64,000 bases of DNA, taken from the NCBI RefSeq assembly GCF_009914755.1, contig NC_060926.1, one strand, 5' to 3'. The DNA comes from the human T2T-CHM13v2.0 reference genome, Homo sapiens. Position numbers and translations under genes: made by a program. Shown here piece after piece: positions 38,061-52,128 of the stretch (its first letter is position 1; every line of letters starts with the position of its first letter). A model generated the notes under the pieces. It ran no database searches and was not told the origin of the DNA. It worked only from the letters and a program-made list of their open reading frames with translations.

Positions 38061-39730
38061 AAATTATGGTGGGAAATTCACAAAAGAATACTACTATTAA
38101 ACAGGGCCTACTAAGACTACTACTAAAAGAGCACAGGAACTACTGAAACGTGGGAAGCGCTTTGCCCAATGCTTTTCTTTACAACTTAAACTTCGCTCTG
38201 GCCCCTGGAAAGGAATTTATTGGTGAATCTGTTTTTCTGAAACTTGTTTTAATGCAGAATCAGATTCTTATTCCAAGTTTAAAAAGAGGTGTGCAACTTT
38301 ATTAATGGAAAATTATTTTCTCTCCAATCCCATTCAACTCATGTTGAGAAACAACAACTAAATATGGTTTGCAGGGTGCCATGCTGCCCGGCTGCCAGAG
38401 CCCCACGTGCTGCGTGTAAACCTGCTCCCTGGAGCAAGGACCACGACAGCCTCTGGAAAGTCAAGCTGGGGGAAACCTGTGGATTTTTTCTAATCAAGAA
38501 TACTTTTTAAAATGTGTGAATGATGAATGAAGAAATGTTTTCTGTTGCTATCTTGGAGCCCTTCTGAAGAGTAAGCCTGCAGTTCCGGGCTTCACTTCCC
38601 GGCAGTGGGAATTTGGCGAAGCCCGTCTCCTTTCCTGTGTCGGCACTGCAAGGCCTTCAAATCGGTGCTCTGCCCCTTCAACACCCAGGGTGGCCTTACA
38701 GAGCGTTGGCCTTCTCCCTGCTGGCTGATTCTCTTCTCAGCAGAAGGCAGCATGTACTTTGGCTGAACAATAATTAGCTTTTTAACATATATGTGAAGAT
38801 ACAAATAAAAGAGCATTACAAGGGACCAGGACACCTGGGTTCTCATCCATAACCTGCCACTCCCTTGCTTTACCTCCATGGGCTCCCATTCCATGAGGAG
38901 ATGGAATGCTCTCTTGTTCTTTGGGAGAAGACTCCTGGCCTCCCAGGTCCTGATCTGCCCTTTGCCTGTGGCTGGCCAGTCCTGGCTCCCTCCGGCCTTG
39001 CTCCAGCAGTCCTGTTGGCCCCAGCCTACCCTTGATTCTGGTCAGAAGCTCATTACAAAGGAGGCTTTGCTGATGTCCAGTAGAGCATATTCTTGTTGTC
39101 CCTGAGCTGCCTGTAACCTCTTCTTCCACATTCTACCAGAACTCCACACACTACCTTTGCAGTCTCTCTGGGTGGGGTGAGGGGAGAATGATGCCATAGA
39201 TAAGCTTGGAGGACAGTGGAAGGCCATCCCATCAGCCCAGAATACACAGATGGTTTCCTGTTGTTCTTGTTTGCATTCTTCCTCTAGGGGAAAGGCAAAC
39301 AGTTCGTTCAAGGGAAGGCGCATGGACAGAGTTCCTCAAGGGTCAGCTGATGGCCTGAGCCCTCAGCCTAGAGCAGTGGTTCTCAACCTTGGGTGCACAA
39401 TAGCATCACCTGGGAACTTTAAAAAGTACTGATGCCAGATATTCTAATATAATTAGTCTGAGGTATGACCTGGACATCAGGATTTTTCAAAAGCTCCCTA
39501 ATCCCTAGTGAGCAGCCTCGGTTGAAATATCCATAGTTTAGATGTTAATGGTTGCAACATGTAATGGAAGGCATCCATTCCAGGTGTTGGCCATTTCTAG
39601 CAAGTCTGACATAAGATGGCACAAAACCTCACATAATCTGACTCTCACATCACAGGCCAAGTCCCATAGCTGTCTAGGCCCCTCCCCTCGTTCAAACCAC
39701 CATCTGCTATCATACACTTGGCCTGGGACA

Positions 39731-40152
39731 TGTTACATTAAGTTTGGCCTAAAGCTGCCTCCTTACATATTTTAAGTGTGGCCTAAGGGCTTTTCCACGT
39801 ATAATAAACTGTAACCCAACTTGATGTGTAATAGACTGTAACCTACTCTTGTGACAAGTAGCTGAGTCTCAGCCAACCACAGCAGCTGAGCTTCCACCAA
39901 TCACAGGTAGCCAACTATTCAAACACTATTCCAATAAAGCAAATACAAAGCTGTAACCAATCCAGTCATTTCTGTATCTCACTTCCATTTTCTGTAGGTC
40001 ACTTTCCTTTTTCTGTCCATAAATGTATCCAATCATGTGGCAGCCTCAGAGTCACTCAGAAACCATTCTGGTTCTGAGGGCTCCCAAGTTCCTGAATCAT
40101 GCTTTGCTCAAACTCTGTTAAGTTTAATTCATCTAAAATTTTTCTTTTAACA
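39731..40152 (+). mobile_element. MER57-family solo LTR
   Basis: TGTTACATTAAGTTTGGCCTAAAGCTGCCTCCTTACATATTTTAAG...TTTTCTTTTAACA, with CCAAT-like repeats. Confidence 0.75.
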
Positions 40153-41689
40153 GGCAGTGGGAGTGCTCCAAATGCCACCATGGCCCACTTCTGCAAAGCT
40201 GCCAAACCAGGACCTATGATCTTAATCATTCCACTAGTTAGTCATCTTCTTATGAAAGCCCTTACCTGATCTCCCCCAACCAGCACCACACTTACCAGCG
40301 GTGTTGACAAAATATTTGATAATAGGGGACGGAGATGAAGGGTCGGAGGTAGGGGAAGGGGTCTGCTGGGAGTGGGAGCCAAAAAAAAAAAAAAAGATTC
40401 TGTAAAGAAAGATTTTGAAACAGATTTGGCAGGCTGCTAGAATGGTTGTGGTCATACTTGGCAACATTTAAATCCAGACCCTTTCCTTTCATCTGAATGG
40501 AAAAAGAGTGAGTCAGGGATGTTGCTGGTGGACTGAGCTCTAGACTAGAAGTCAGGGACCTGCAATCTTGCCCCTATCTGTCACTCAGTAGCTGCATGGG
40601 CTTGGGCAAGTCATTGCCTCTCTCTGGGTCTCACTTTGCCCAGCTCTAAATCAGAAAATGAACCAAATGACCTCTGGGGTCCCTTCTAGCTCTGACACTC
40701 TATGATTTATCTGAGTTGGAGACAGATACATTCGTGTAATAAAGGCGGAAGCATGGAGGATCTGGGTTTCCTGGAGCAAGAGACCTTCCCGCTTTCCCCC
40801 AGAGCCTCTCCCACAAGTCAGATGCCAAAAGAGAAACATCTGCAAAGAACACACATTGGCCTTGTGGATTCCAGTCAGTCCCACGTGCATGGCGTTAGTT
40901 AAGAATATTTCACCTCTATCATGCTCACACCCAACCTCATCCCTGGACCTTGAGGATAAGAAGGGATGACAAAGTCAAACATAATAGAACTGCATCAGAG
41001 CCACACAGACATGTGGCCCCCACTCAGATTCTTCTGGGCAGGCAGCACGGCAGAACAAAATTCTTCCAGAGACATCACCTCATCGAACCCCACTCCTTCT
41101 CTGTTTAGTGACTCATCATAGTAAATTAATTCTCTTTGGCACTTTCAAAGCCCTGAACCTTTTATATTATTTTTAAAACAGCAACAAGCAACTCCCCTTC
41201 CCCAGTGAGTACACTGGATGTGAGCATAGGCATGTGAGCCCCCTGTGCTCCCTAGGACTCCAGGCTCTAAGCCAACTGAACTCTCAGCTTCTCTGGGACT
41301 GGGATCATTTTGGCCAGCACAGCCTTGTACTGAGCCTTCCAGGCAGGAAAAGGTTGACCCTCTCCCCTTCCCCATGGAGTGGTTGCATTCCCCAGTAACT
41401 GATCTGTGAAGGCTGTGAAGTAGCTCTGCCCTCCCTGAAGTACAAAGAACCAAGAAGCTCTGGGCCTGATGGACAGGAGCTCACACCGCTATGCCCCAGG
41501 GCCTGCCTTCCCTTCTTAGAGCCCTGCCCCAGAGGGTTGCTCCAGAGGTACTCCGATGGGGGTGGTGTAGGACATGGAAGCCCTGACTCCATCACCATCA
41601 CAGCAGGGGCCTGAGCCAACCCTTTGGCTTTGTGAATCACAGGCATCCTCTTGTGCTCCTTCCTTCTGTCTCCAAAAAGTTATGTGCAG

Positions 41690-41940
41690 AATGGCTTAGC
41701 GATTAAAAGCACAGACTCTGGAACAAGACTACCTGGGTTCAAATCTCAGCTGTGCCACTTATTATCTGTGTAATCTTGAGCTAGTTAACTGCTCTGTGCC
41801 TCCGTTTCCCCACATATAAAATGGGGACTGTAGTAAATTAACTACCTTGAAACGTACTTGTGAGGATTAGTGAAGTTAATGTATGTGGAGTATTTAAAAC
41901 AGGGCTTGGTATATAGCAAGTGCTATTAACTATTTACTCT
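41690..41940 (+). mobile_element. MIR SINE (other MIRs near 16550-16760, 54200-54400, 56160-56300)
   Basis: agcacagactctgga...cctgggttcaaatctcagctgtgccactta...ctctgtgcctccgtttcccca...gtgaggatta. Confidence 0.7.
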
Positions 41941-42229
41941 TATCATGTGTGATTGAGGGGCTTAAGTCATCTTAGCATTAGGAATTCAAGTAATGAGAGG
42001 CTTGTGATTCAATTATAAACAGGTGCACACTAAATAACTGTAATTATGTGTTTTAGTCTAAAAAACTAATTCAATCTTGAGCTACATCGACAAAAAGAAG
42101 AACATCCAGAAAAAGACTGAGAATGCCCAGTTTCCCAACCAGATAATGGGAACAGGTCAACCTCGATATCACAAAAAAGAAGCTCACCAGGATGCTGAAG
42201 ATCAGAGGAGACCAGCGTGTGATGAGCCA

Positions 42230-43113
42230 GGTATGATATAAGAAAGACTATATGTCATCTTTGTCCCTGGTTCCTGGCACAGAGTTTCAAAAACCTTTGG
42301 AATTCCTAAAATGCCCAAAAGACAGTAGGAATGTCTTTTGTTATTCATCATGAGCCTCTTTCAACTGAACCTGAGTTTATACTAATAAGGTGACCTATGA
42401 TAGGCCCTTGGTTTCAAGGAAGGGTCTAGCCACCCCAGAAAACCCAAGCACATGATTAGAAGCCTGTAGCAGCAGCTCCACCCCCCACCAATCCCGCCAC
42501 TTCCAAAGTGGGGAGAGGGGCTAGAGATTGAGTCCAGACAAGTGGCAAATGATTTAACCACTCATGCCTCTGTAACAAATGCCCCTTGATTTTTAAAAAA
42601 ACTCTGGACAGCAAGGTGTAACAAATGCCCCTTGATTTTTAAAAAAAACTCTGGACAGCAAGGTGTGGGGGAACTTCCTAGTTGGTGAACACATTGATGT
42701 GCTGGGAGAGTTATGGGCCTGGATTCCACAGGAGAGAGCACGGAAGCTCTGTGCGCCCCACCTTACACTCTGACCTATGGATGCATCTCTTCCATGTGGG
42801 TGTTCCAGAGTTGGACCCTTTGAAATATGATTGCAAGTACCATACTTTCGGTGAGTTCTGTGACTCATTCTAATGAATTATTGAACCTGAAGAGGGGTCA
42901 TGGGAACTCCTAAATTTATAGCCAAGTCAGTTGGAAGCATGGGTGACCTGGGGACCCCAGTTGTGGCTGGTGCCTGAGGTGGGGATGGTCATATTGGTGA
43001 CCTTGTCCTTTATCTTGTAGTAGTTAGCTTGTGTGCCCTTCAACTTAGGGTAGTTCATGTCAGAATTGAATTGAATTGTAGGACAGCCAACTGATGACAG
43101 GGAATTGGTGACA
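42230..43113 (+). mobile_element. MER21-family LTR
   Basis: gttcctggcacagag...tgtcttttgttattcatcatgagcc...cctgagtttatactaataaggtgac...tgtcagaattgaattgaattgtaggaca; orientation given relative to the recalled consensus. Confidence 0.65.
42571..42663 (+). repeat. 46/47-bp tandem duplication inside MER21
   Basis: Copies identical except A7 vs A8. Confidence 0.92.
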
Positions 43114-43197
43114 TAATATTACCAGGCAACTTTTATTCATGATGTATTTTCGCCCCCAGGACCAATCTATGAGGTCGATATTATTGTTCCAGTTTTA

Positions 43198-43597
<400 letters not shown>

Positions 43598-44120
43598 TCA
43601 ACCAGGTTTGTCTCTAGCCCCACATCCTGCAGTTCTCCACTCCATCATTCTGTCCCAGAACATCTGCTGGGCTGCCATGTGGAAGAAGAATTAGGCTGGT
43701 TCTCTAGAACCTCAGAGGCCAGAACTAGGAAACCAGGTGGTTGTTACATACAGGCAGATTGCAGCTGAGGGCATGGGGGAGAACTTCCTAAGGGCAAGAG
43801 CTGCTCAGTAATGGGAAGGTGGAACAGGCTGCCTTGTCAGGTGGGGAGTTCTCCCTGCTGGGAGTCAGAGTGAGCACAGGATGCTGTAAAGGGGCTTCTG
43901 TCCTTGCTGAACCACGGGCAGGTGGTGGACTAGTGACTTCTAAGGTCCTTCAGATTCTATGGTAGGTCTTGAGTCAGCAGGATAAGGGGACTTCATAGCA
44001 ATGACCTGAGTGTCTGGAAGCTCATCCTCATGCAAAGGGCCTTGTCTGTACCTCACGTGATGGGCCCAGCCAAAAAGTGTGCATCACCCCCGTCACCACC
44101 AGAAACTACTGCTTACTTAC

Positions 44121-44239
44121 CGGGAGGCTGGCCCAGCCCTGTCCAAGGCTCCTTCTGTTCACTGCTCAGTCTGCACCCCCTAGCTCCACTCTCAAGGGTG
44201 CCGGCCACATCTACACAACCTCAAACATCCAGGTGGAAA
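44121..44239 (-). other. ADD2: ADD2 non-coding 5' UTR exon (exon 2), 119 nt
   Basis: Acceptor gtgtttgtgttttgcag|TTTCC and consensus donor CCG|gtaagt; size and distance to the ATG exon fit my recall of the gene model. Confidence 0.8.
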
Positions 44240-44365
44240 CTGCAAAACACAAACACGACAAGTGTCAGGGCCTGCACCACCATGACTCTTCACCTGATTT
44301 ATAAGAGCTTCTGGGAAATTCCTTAAAATGAACTTGAAATGAATTTTTATTTTAAAAGCAAATTA

Positions 44366-44910
<545 letters not shown>

Positions 44911-47900
44911 CTAAACTCACAGATGCTAATGTGAGTGATGTTTGGATGCAGCCCAAGACGCAGAAGCAGCCTGAAGAATATCGCATCCCAGGAAAATGGG
45001 AGAGTTTTAGATTTGCACAGGCTGTCCATGGGTGAATTCAAGGCCATTTCACCCAGAGTTCAAGGGGAAGAAAGGCCCCAGCTAATACCTGGATAAAAGG
45101 TCCTAAAGTACTACTGAAGGAGGAATATAAAGTTGTTAATACCTTACAAACTAGGGTGAGTTACTACTCCAAAACTCCTAGGAATCAAGGTCTTCAAAGC
45201 ATTAATTGTCAAAATGTTTAAGAATAAAGACAAGTAATGACAAGTGATCATTTTCCATTTTCACTTGGACATCCTGTTGTTCTGACCCAGAGCTGCTGGG
45301 GGCTGTCTCACCCAGGGCTGGCAGCATCCCTGAGTACCCCCACCCTACCGCCACCTGCCCATGGCTCTGGCTCACTGGCAGCTCACTTCATCCCTGACCC
45401 AATGCTGTCCAGAGTGGAGGCATTCGAAGAGACTCGTCCCACCAATGAGGGACAAGGAGAACTCATCTTGGTAGGTACAATGTGCCTGTGGGAATCCAGG
45501 ATACCTGCACACCCACTAAGGCTCAGCCTCCTCCTCAATCCAGCCAGGGGGCCTGGGGCTCAGTGTTTCAGTGCCAGATGGTCCCTGAGCCCAGTCCTGA
45601 TGCTCGCCCATCTACTTAGGAACAGGTTGCTTCTAAGAATGAGACTGTGCTCTGCACATCCAGTGCCGGCTGAGCTCCTTCTCCCAGAGGTTCTATTTTT
45701 AGCTAGAACAGGGTCCTAGCCACCACTTGATGCTGCCTTTCTCCAATGGCCTCCCTTCCAGGGCTGGCCTCAGGGTGGGGTTTGCTGATGTATCTCCACT
45801 GCCCTCCCTAAGAACCAATCTTGCAGCCTCAAACACCAGCTTCCTCTCCTTCCCCAGAAGGTCTGAGGCTGCCCTGTGGCCACAACCTGCTAAGATTTGA
45901 ATTTTCAGAATCTCAGCTATTTTTTGTGTGTGCTAATAGAATTCATCCTTTGCCCCTAGAAGTAGCCTGCACCATTCTTGTAAGAAAGCAAACATTGACC
46001 CCCAATGTAAATATACAGTGAACAAAATAATTCCCACCCCAACCCCCATTGCTGCTGAAATTCCCCACCAGAGCACCATTCCTTGGGTTATGGTGTTACG
46101 CCCTAATTAAAATGAAAATAGTCCTGAGAGGTATTTGAGGCAATTGTATTAGCTAGAAACCATTGTCCTGTGGCAATGAAACTGTCAAATCTCTGATTGG
46201 GGAGTTGGGCTGAGCAGGCAGGACAGGCACCAGATCAGCAAGTTTTAATGAGAGAAGGGAAGAGAAAGAGGCCTAATGCCAGGGCTGCTCTAGAGAGGCC
46301 CCAGCACCTAGAGCAGGGCTGCCATCCTGGGGGAGTTTAGATAATCCTGGCCAGACAGAACCCTCTGAGCCTGCTGAAGCTGCTGTACCAAGCACAGCAT
46401 CACCTCTTGTGCAGACTTCAGCTTCCTAGCACATGCGTTGAGAACCTAGCTCTCTCCAGCTTCCAGCCCCCACATCCCTCAGGCAGAGCAGAGATGCAAG
46501 GGACAGTGTGAGCCATGGTGCCCCATGTAGTGAAAACAGATGCCTGACACCCCCTGGGTGGTTCAGAAAGCACCAGAGGCACAGCCCCTCAGAGCCACCT
46601 GCCCCCTGCTCTTGGTGTGCAGTCAAGCTGGGCTGTGAGGCGGCAGGAGTTAGGGCAGTACATTCTAGTCCTTGTTGGCTGCCCTCTGAACTGTGAACCC
46701 GGACATTAAAACACTCAGGGGCCTTTGCCTATTCCTGTGTCCTGCAGCCTCGTTAAAAATCAACCTGCAAATGGACCATCACTCCTGCTCACCACACACC
46801 GCAGCCTCCCCAGCCCCCTCCTCTCTGCCCCCTACCAACCAGGCATCCCACCATGGGATCCCACCTTGACTCCCTCTTTTTGCCCTGCACATTTAATTGG
46901 TCACTGAGGTCTCTGGTTTTATGTCCTAAATATCTCTCCACCCGCAGCGCCAGGCCCTGAATCATGCCTCCATCTCTCCATCCTTTAATGATCTCTGGTC
47001 CACAGTCCTTCCTGGCCCATGCCTGTCACTGCCCTGCTAAAAATCCATCTCTGTCTCTAGTGGCCGTGTTCCTTAACCTTTTTTTTTCTTTTTAAAGCCC
47101 TGCTTTTCCAACCAAAACCTAGTCAAATTTAGCCTTTATTACCAAAATGGCAGGTATACTTTTCACATTTTCCAAATATAAAGTGTTAAATCCAAATGGG
47201 CTTTGTCAAACCAAATGCACACCCCATGTTAACAATCCAAGCCCATCGATGCCCAGCTGGGAGCTGTGCGTTTTTCTCTCTGCCAGCCCCTTCTCCTTGA
47301 GGACAGCTACCCTGTAGGATGAGGCTGAGACTCAGATGACACCTCTATTCCCAGCCCCCTGACCTCTCTGCATTTGCCCTGCTCTCCAGGGGCTATTCCC
47401 AGGACCCAAGAGGCACAAAGCAGATCCTTGGTTGGGGCTGGAGTCTGCCAGGAACACCCTCCTCTCTTCACCTCCTCCCTGCATTTCATGTGTCCTCTCC
47501 TCTGGCAGCCTGCCCCCTACACCCCCGCCCTGGGCTTTCACATCACTTTTACTTGCCTCTTCCATTCCACTTGCAGCCTGGCAGCAACAATCTATTACCG
47601 TGAGCTCCTGGCAGGCGGCCTGTGTCTCTGCGTTTCTCTATCCTCCCTGTTGCCATAGGGCCTGGTGCCAGTTAGGTGCTGAACAAATGTTAGTTGAAGG
47701 TAAATTGGGAAGAGCTGGGCCAGCTTAATGAAGCAGCCCTGTCCAGCCCTGAGGTCCCAGCAGCAAGTGAGGACTGAGGGGAGCTCACGGTACAGTGTGA
47801 GGAGACAGACCCTGAAGGGTAAGGTGCTGAGTGTTCATGGAGGAGTGCATGGCAGGTGCCTCAGTGCCCAAATCACCTCTTGTCTTGGTATATAACTGAG

Positions 47901-48736
47901 TGGCTGGCCCCTCAGCCACCCTTCTTGCCTAATTTGAGACAGAACCCAGCAACAGATTGCAACTCTTACATTAACAAATCCGACATTAATTATGGGGAGA
48001 CAGAGAGGAAGGTAATATTACATACCATGCATCACACACAACAACCTCCTTGGCTCTCCCATGTTCAGCCCTGCTCTCTTCTCTGTCTCTCTCACCTCCT
48101 CCCTTGAGCACCCCCTCACCTCCCTCAGCTGGGACCCTCCTCTCTGCACAGAGGAACCCAGGAGCTCCCTCTAGGCCTGGCAAGCTCACTTCCTCACACC
48201 TCTGCAGCCCCTCAGCAGAGTCCCTGCTTGGGATTCGCCCTGGTAGGAGGGCAGCTGGAGACTACACATCATGAGACACGCTTCCTGTCACCAAGCATCT
48301 TCTTCCCTGTCCCACTGAAGACCAAGTACATGTAACCACTGGAGTATGAAATCACATTTCTATGGATCGTTCCTTGTGGCTATAAGAGAAACAAAAGGTC
48401 TACAAGGGGAGTAATAGATGCCCGAGTTGTCTGACTTTTTGTTAAAATCGGCTTAAGCTTCATGTGCCCTAAGCAGAGGCAGGCGCCATCTCCTGCCACT
48501 TCAGTGGGGGAGTCTCCAGACAGGAACAGACAGTCTGTGTGGCTCAGCACCCAGAGCTCAAAGTGGAAAGACGCAAGCTGCCACTTCCCAGGTGCTCCCC
48601 AACAGCCATGGCCATGGGTCCCTCAGCAGTCCTGGCCTCTGAAAGCCCCAGGCCCCGGCCCCACGGATCAGCTCCCCACAAGGACGGCATAGCATTTGCT
48701 CCAGGACTTAGGCTAGAAGTCAGAAGCCAGACTTAC

Positions 48737-48900
48737 CGATCCCTAAATGAGACTCCCACAAGTGAGAGAGGAGATGGTCAGGGCTGAGCTGCTGCTACTT
48801 TTACAGAATAAATGAAGACAGTTGAATAAGGGACTGGACCGCACCCTGCCTGATGTGTTCAGATAAAGAGAAGGCTCATGCCTCTGGTGGGTGGGATTAT
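48737..48900 (-). promoter_or_regulatory. candidate internal (erythroid-type) promoter and short alternative first exon
   Basis: Donor ATCG|gtaagt at 48737/48736 with no strong upstream acceptor; CCGCACCCT at 48839-48847; CTG-N8-AGATAA at 48850-48866; GGGTGG at ~48889. Confidence 0.5.
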
Positions 48901-51762
48901 GGGGAAAGCTTATCATCATTTTTTCAAATGCTTCTGAATTTTACAAAGTTCTAGATTAGGTATTAACTGCTGTGATCATTTAAGCCAAAAATAGTTGAAA
49001 AGAAGAAAGAGAGAAAGAGGCAGGACAGCGATGGTAAAGTCTATGTCCATCTCCAGACACCCCCTTAGTTGGAAGAATCCTTTAACTCCTTCACTGCTGC
49101 AGACCCCATAAGTACTTATTTCTGGGCATCCCTGGTGCAAACATTCCTAGTGAAGTCCAGTGAATTTTAAAAGTCCTCCAGCAAACGACCTCAAACCTAA
49201 TAGTTGGTAGGCAACGTTTTTCTGTTCTTCTATCCAGGAATTGGATTGTTGTGGCATGAATGGACTGAGTATTCTTTCTTACAGACTTGGAATCATTCCC
49301 ATACCCTCTAACTAAATAAACAGTTATTTGTCAAGTATCTGTTGGTGCCCGGGAGTGAGCAAGAACTAGAACTGGATGTGAGAGGGAAGATGGCTGGGAG
49401 AAATGAGACATGGCCCTGCCTGCTAGAGGCCCACAGTCATGTTCGTATTCCTGAAAAACTTGCATGCAAGTGAAACATACATAGATACATGCACATATAT
49501 GCAGATATGTAATTAACTGTTAAGGGCAACACACTACAGGGCCCCAACAATGAATGCTGAGGTGATCAGAAATGAATGTGTTTAATGCTTGTTGGGAAGG
49601 GAGACTGGAAACCTTGGGTGCACATAATGAGGACCAAGGTCCTGAGTTAGATCCTGAAGAAAGACATTATTCAATCAACAAAAGCTGTGAAACTCCAATA
49701 AGTGCCCAGTGCTATGCCCAGCCCTGCAGTGAAGGACCCAGCATCCTGGTTTTTCGGGAGAGGAAATTGAGGCTGCAGGAACCTGGGTGACTTGATTCAG
49801 GCCACAGAGCTGGTGAAAGGCAGAACCTGGGTTTGAACCCCTCTAGTTCCAGAGCCTGTTCTCCTGTTACTTCACCACACTTTCTGCCCCTCATTCGAAC
49901 AAAGGGGAGCAGATGCCAGGGGCCTGGTAGGAGGTGGGGGAATGGACATCAGCAAGTGGCCAGAGCCCAATTTCTATATTCCTGGCAGAAGCCTTGAGGA
50001 CTTGGCCAGCACCAGAAAGGATGATTCTACTTCCTATTTCTGGCATGCGGGGCTCAGAACCAAGCTCTTCCCCAGCACAGAAATGGGGATTAGGAGGCAA
50101 GGAAGAGAGTAGGCACCTCTGGTACTCACTCTGACAAAGTGAACTTAGCTTTTAGGTAAAGAAGATCCTGCTGGCCCCTCAAGAGGACAGGTGGGCTGCA
50201 GTGGTGACAGCTGGTGGTGGGTCACCCACCTGCACTCCCAGGGCTGCCAGTCACTGCAGTGTGGGTACAGCCACCTATGAGACTTGCTTCATCTGGACTC
50301 AATACAATCCTTCCACTAAAATATCTGCCATGGGTCAGGACCTGGCTCACCACTGGGGATGTGAAGGGATGCAATCGTAATCCCATTTCTCAAAAGGCCC
50401 AGGACAGGGGCATGGGAGGCGGCTCTAGAGAGACGATTACAATACTGGGGTACAGTGCTCTGGTATAGGTTCATGAAGGTCACCAGGGGGTCCTAACCTC
50501 AAGGCTCCAGCACTGGGCTTTAACCCACTCATCAGCAGCCTCTGCCACTGATCACAAAACCATGTGGACCTCATGCCTTCATGAAAGGGAAGAAAGGGTT
50601 GTTGGGGAAGCCCTGGTGATGGAGAGACAGTGCTGAGCTAGCAGGATGGCTGGGCTCAGTCTTCCCACACTCAGTGCCTTCAGTAAAAAGGTCAAACTTG
50701 GAAACTATGCAGATAAAAGCCCATCAAAAAGGCTGTCTAATTGAGCTGACTGTCCTGATTCACTGTTCCACCTCAGGCTGTCCTGGAATCCAGTCACAGA
50801 TACTTTTAAGCAGTCACCTTGCCTGCCTTTGGCCTTCAGGCAAGTCAGTGGAGCTATATTTTGAAAAGTTTCACCTCAATCAAATTCAAACATGAAACAG
50901 TTGATTCTGCTCTTTGGCCCAATCTGAGAGCATCTGTCCTTCAATAGGAAGGTGAAGTGTAACTCACTGGATCATGTGACAGGATTGTCTTGTCCCCATC
51001 CCCAACCACCCCCCACCAAGAAATCAAGGAAACAGCTATTGGGTATGTATCCTTTTTTGTCTAATAGAATAAACCATATCCTAAGCCATAAGATAAGAGG
51101 TGGGAATAAATGCTCATTTGGCAAATTAAGGTTGAAATTGTTTTGTGGGGTTTTTTTTACTGGGCATTTCCCCCCACTGTTTGGGCATAAGAGAAAATAG
51201 GAACACTTTGCATCTAAACTGGAGGGTAATCCTGCACTATCCCTCCCCTCTCCAGACTGGGGAAGCTGTGAACGTTCAAAACTGAAACAAGACTCGGGAG
51301 TGCTGGTGTGGAGGAGGGGAAGGAGGAAAGTTAGTAGGCCCAGAGAGAGGAGATGGTGGGAAGCAGAGGGAGTATGTTAAGGGTGGGAGGTCTAAAGGCT
51401 CACATGGGGAACTGCTGGCCTCCGGAATCTCCATGTGGAGACATCTCAAAAGCTGAGCAGTGAGGCTCAGGCCATGATAGGGTGTTAAGAACAGGATGGC
51501 AAAAATAGGAGAGATGTTGTTCGACTGTCCACTCCTCTCCCCGATGATTCTGTATTCTAGCGTCTCCTGCAGGATCCCCAATTAACCATATGTTGGGTCT
51601 CTGTTCTCTAAATCTATCATTTTTCTTCTCATTAGTTCTATTGTTGACATATTCCCTACATTCTGACAGTTTGTATTTCCCATTTCACTTATTGGATTAC
51701 GGGGATATTAAGGAAAGAGCTATTTCACCTTCTGTATATTTCTGTGTATGTTTGCATATCCA

Positions 51763-52128
51763 TGTGTCAGAGACAATGCTATGTGCTCCCCAAACCCATT
51801 TCCTCTTCTTCCTGGGCGCCCATGTTTCCCAGGCCTGCTTTTGTCTGGACAGAACCCTAGGGAATGTAAGCCAGCAGAAAGTAAGCAGAAATGATGGCAT
51901 CCCCTGCAGCCAAGGCAATTAAGAGTGGAGGTGCCTTCTCCACTCCCTTTCTCCTCCCTTGCCTCCCTGCTGGAGGCAGAGGATTCAGTGGAAACTCCCA
52001 GGCTCTAGGAAATGACGCAGCCACCAAATGGAAGAAAGTGGGAAGTCACTGCAAGCAGCCCACTGAGCATCTATTTGATTGGAGATTCTGAGGCTGTTGT
52101 TATGGCAGGTCACCAACCCTGAAAAACA
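51763..52128 (+). mobile_element. MLT1 (I/J-like) MaLR LTR
   Basis: tgtgtcagagac...aaacccatttcctcttcttcctggg...ggcaattaagag...gcagaggattcagtgg. Confidence 0.6.

Noticed and set aside
42182-42230. Donor-like CTG|gtgagc next to the MER21 LTR as an LTR-driven first exon
   Set aside because: An isolated donor match with no supporting promoter or acceptor evidence visible.
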